From: Coriobacteriia bacterium
Lineage (GTDB): Bacteria; Actinomycetota; Coriobacteriia; Anaerosomatales; JAENZW01
Length of the DNA: 35,377 nucleotides
Assembly: GCA_029858605.1 (NCBI GenBank)
Contig: JAOUET010000002.1
Location: forward strand, 1 to 35,377
Direction: 5' to 3'
The notes under the pieces are model-generated. The model saw only the letters and a program-made list of their open reading frames with translations. It searched no databases and had not been told where the DNA came from. Position 1 is the first letter of the stretch; the number at the start of each line of letters is the position of its first letter. Positions 33,779 through 35,377 of the stretch are shown in pieces. The translations under genes were made by a program, and so were the position numbers.

Positions 33779-34693
33779 GTGAGACTCCCCTTCGACGTAC
33801 GCGATGTCGTGAAGTCCGGATCGCAGATCAACAAGCTTCGCGAGGAGCCCGTCCGGCTCGCGGTCTTCGTTGAGGCCGATGCACCGGATTCGCTGGTGGA
33901 CGTCGTCCAGGCCAGTTTTCGACCTTATACGGCCAACGCGAGGCTGCAGGTCGAGGTGACCGAGCCGGGTGTGGAGTTCGTCGTCGACTCGGCGGTCGAT
34001 GCTGTCGTGGGCGTCGTCGGCAGTGGCCAGATGGGACTCGCAAGACAGCTCGAAGACCCGCGGGAACGCGCCATCCCGACGGCCGTGATCGCTCTCGGCG
34101 AGGAGTCGTCACCGATAGCCGAGATGCTCAGACATCCGTATCGCGACACGCTTGCACATGCCGATCCCACGGTCTTGGTCGAGGACGAACTCGGGGAATG
34201 GCTGGTCGAGCGCGTGCCCGACAAGCGGCTCGCCCTGGCGCACAACTACGCGTTCATGCGAAGGGCGGTCGCCCTGGAGGCAGTCAAGAACACGGCGTGG
34301 CAAAACGGTGCGATCGGCGTCGTCGCCTTCGTTCCGGGCACGGATATGCCGCTCATGACTGCGAACCAGATCAAGATGCTGTTCCAGATAGCTGCTGCCT
34401 ACGGGGAGCCGCTGGGAATGGAGCGTATGCGGGAACTTGTTGCGATTGTTGGAGGCGGATTCGTGTTTCGGACGATTGCCCGGCAGACCGCCGCGCTCAT
34501 TCCCGGCTTCGGGTGGGCGATAAAGGGCGGCATCGGCGCGAGCGGCACTCTGGCCGTCGGATATGCGGCAGTGAAGTACTTCGAGGGCGGCGCGGACCTG
34601 GGCAGACTGTCCGAGCAGTTCGATCGTATCAAGCACTCTCTCACCGAGCGCTTTGCGAGTGACGCGGAGGAGCGCGCGGCCGGTGACGACTAG
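33779..34693 (+). CDS. Hypothetical protein with a C-terminal DUF697-like membrane-associating domain
   Basis: The GTG at 33779 follows GAGGAAGGA. The ORF extension back to 33596 lies inside rodA and is rejected. The C-terminus, MLFQIAAAYG...GGGFVFRTIARQTAALIPGFGWAIKGGIGASGTLAVGYAAVKYF, resembles DUF697 (YcjF-like). The N-terminal ~170 aa has no recognisable P-loop. Confidence 0.6.
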   Translation: MRLPFDVRDVVKSGSQINKLREEPVRLAVFVEADAPDSLVDVVQASFRPYTANARLQVEVTEPGVEFVVDSAVDAVVGVVGSGQMGLARQLEDPRERAIPTAVIALGEESSPIAEMLRHPYRDTLAHADPTVLVEDELGEWLVERVPDKRLALAHNYAFMRRAVALEAVKNTAWQNGAIGVVAFVPGTDMPLMTANQIKMLFQIAAAYGEPLGMERMRELVAIVGGGFVFRTIARQTAALIPGFGWAIKGGIGASGTLAVGYAAVKYFEGGADLGRLSEQFDRIKHSLTERFASDAEERAAGDD

Positions 34694-35377
34694 CGCTTGG
34701 GACGAGGTCGAGCGACTGCTCGCCGGTGTCGAGCGTCCAGCCCGATACATCGATCATGAGTGGGGCGCCCTCACAGACGCCGAGGCGACGTATCGAGTCG
34801 TGCTCGTCTATCCCGACGCGTACGAGATCGGGATGGCCAATCAAGCGTTGAGCATCCTGTACGAACGCGTGAACTCGCATCCGAACTTGGTCGCCGAGCG
34901 TTGCTTCCTACCCTGGAAGGACATGGGGCAGGCCATGCGCGAGCGGGCCGTGCCGCTGTTCGGCCTTGAGTCCGGTGCGCCCTTGCGCGACGCGGATCTC
35001 ATAGGGATCACGCTGCCCTGCGAAACGACGTACACGAACGTACTGGAGGTCCTGGACCTCGCCGGGATTCCGTTGAGGGCTCAGGAGCGCGAAGCGGGGA
35101 TGCCGCTTGTGGTGGGAGGCGGGCCGTGCGTCTACAATCCCGAGCCGATGGCACCGTTCTTCGATGCGCTGCTGATCGGGGAGGGCGAGGACGCGATCCT
35201 GGAAATCGCGGAGGCTCACCGCGCGTCACGCGATGCGGGTGCGGACCGCATGGAGACCCTGTCCTCTTTGGCACGCGTACGAGGCGTGTACGTTCCCGCA
35301 TTCTACGAACCGTCATGCGATTCCACGGGAAGCCTCTTGAGGATGGACGCGCGAGACGGTGTTGAGCCGGTCGTCCG
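34683..35377 (+). CDS. N-terminal part of a TIGR03960-like (B12-binding-like domain) radical SAM protein; 3' end beyond the window
   Basis: Not in the ORF track because there is no stop in the window. My translation from the GTG at 34683: VTTSAWDEVERLLAGVERPARYIDHEWGAL...YRVVLVYPDAYEIGMANQALSILYERV...PLVVGGGPCVYNPEPMAPFFDALLIGEGEDAILE... This is the N-terminal architecture I associate with the radical SAM family found next to rodA/rng loci. The CxxxCxxC motif would lie downstream of the window. Confidence 0.6.
   Translation, partial: MTTSAWDEVERLLAGVERPARYIDHEWGALTDAEATYRVVLVYPDAYEIGMANQALSILYERVNSHPNLVAERCFLPWKDMGQAMRERAVPLFGLESGAPLRDADLIGITLPCETTYTNVLEVLDLAGIPLRAQEREAGMPLVVGGGPCVYNPEPMAPFFDALLIGEGEDAILEIAEAHRASRDAGADRMETLSSLARVRGVYVPAFYEPSCDSTGSLLRMDARDGVEPVV

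Noticed and set aside
1-35377. Search for CRISPR arrays, IS elements, integrases, phage genes, toxin-antitoxin or classical defence genes, and for abrupt composition shifts
   Set aside because: I recognised none of these. The composition and codon style look uniform, and the window reads as core chromosome rather than a mobile or defence island.

Overview
GC-rich (third codon positions mostly G/C), densely coding chromosomal segment. I saw no rRNA, CRISPR array, transposase or integrase. The gene content suggests an anaerobic, rod-shaped, high-GC bacterium, possibly Actinomycetota/Coriobacteriia-like; that taxonomic guess is inference only. Order of content: (1) A 5'-truncated FAD-oxidase/HdrD-like Fe-S oxidoreductase with an odd Met/Pro-rich tail, a Crp/Fnr regulator, a small cytochrome-b5-like protein and an RlmD/RumA rRNA methyltransferase. 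(2) A co-directional block: receiver-domain::PilT ATPase fusion, OsmC, a soluble GT2 glycosyltransferase, a BshB1-like PIG-L deacetylase, a 524-aa protein with BshC-like motifs, and a 58-aa 2x[4Fe-4S] ferredoxin that is missing from the ORF track. (3) plsY plus a DAG-kinase-family lipid kinase, tRNA-Arg(CCG), an EF-G paralog, a secreted cyclophilin, a TPR membrane protein and ndk. (4) A four-gene group 3b-type [NiFe]-hydrogenase operon (beta-gamma-delta-alpha), followed directly by rnfCDGEAB. A NusG-domain-II protein and a Gx-transporter-family membrane protein are translationally coupled to rnfB. (5) The cell-elongation cluster radC-mreBCD-mrdA-rodA, then a DUF697-like protein and the open-ended start of a TIGR03960-like radical SAM gene, also absent from the ORF track. 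The best candidate for something new is the GT2 / BshB1-like / BshC-like trio. It looks like a non-canonical low-molecular-weight-thiol (bacillithiol-like) pathway in which the usual GT4 enzyme is replaced. All family assignments come from motifs read by eye and need HMM or structure searches to confirm. The many long antisense ORFs in the track are high-GC artefacts.
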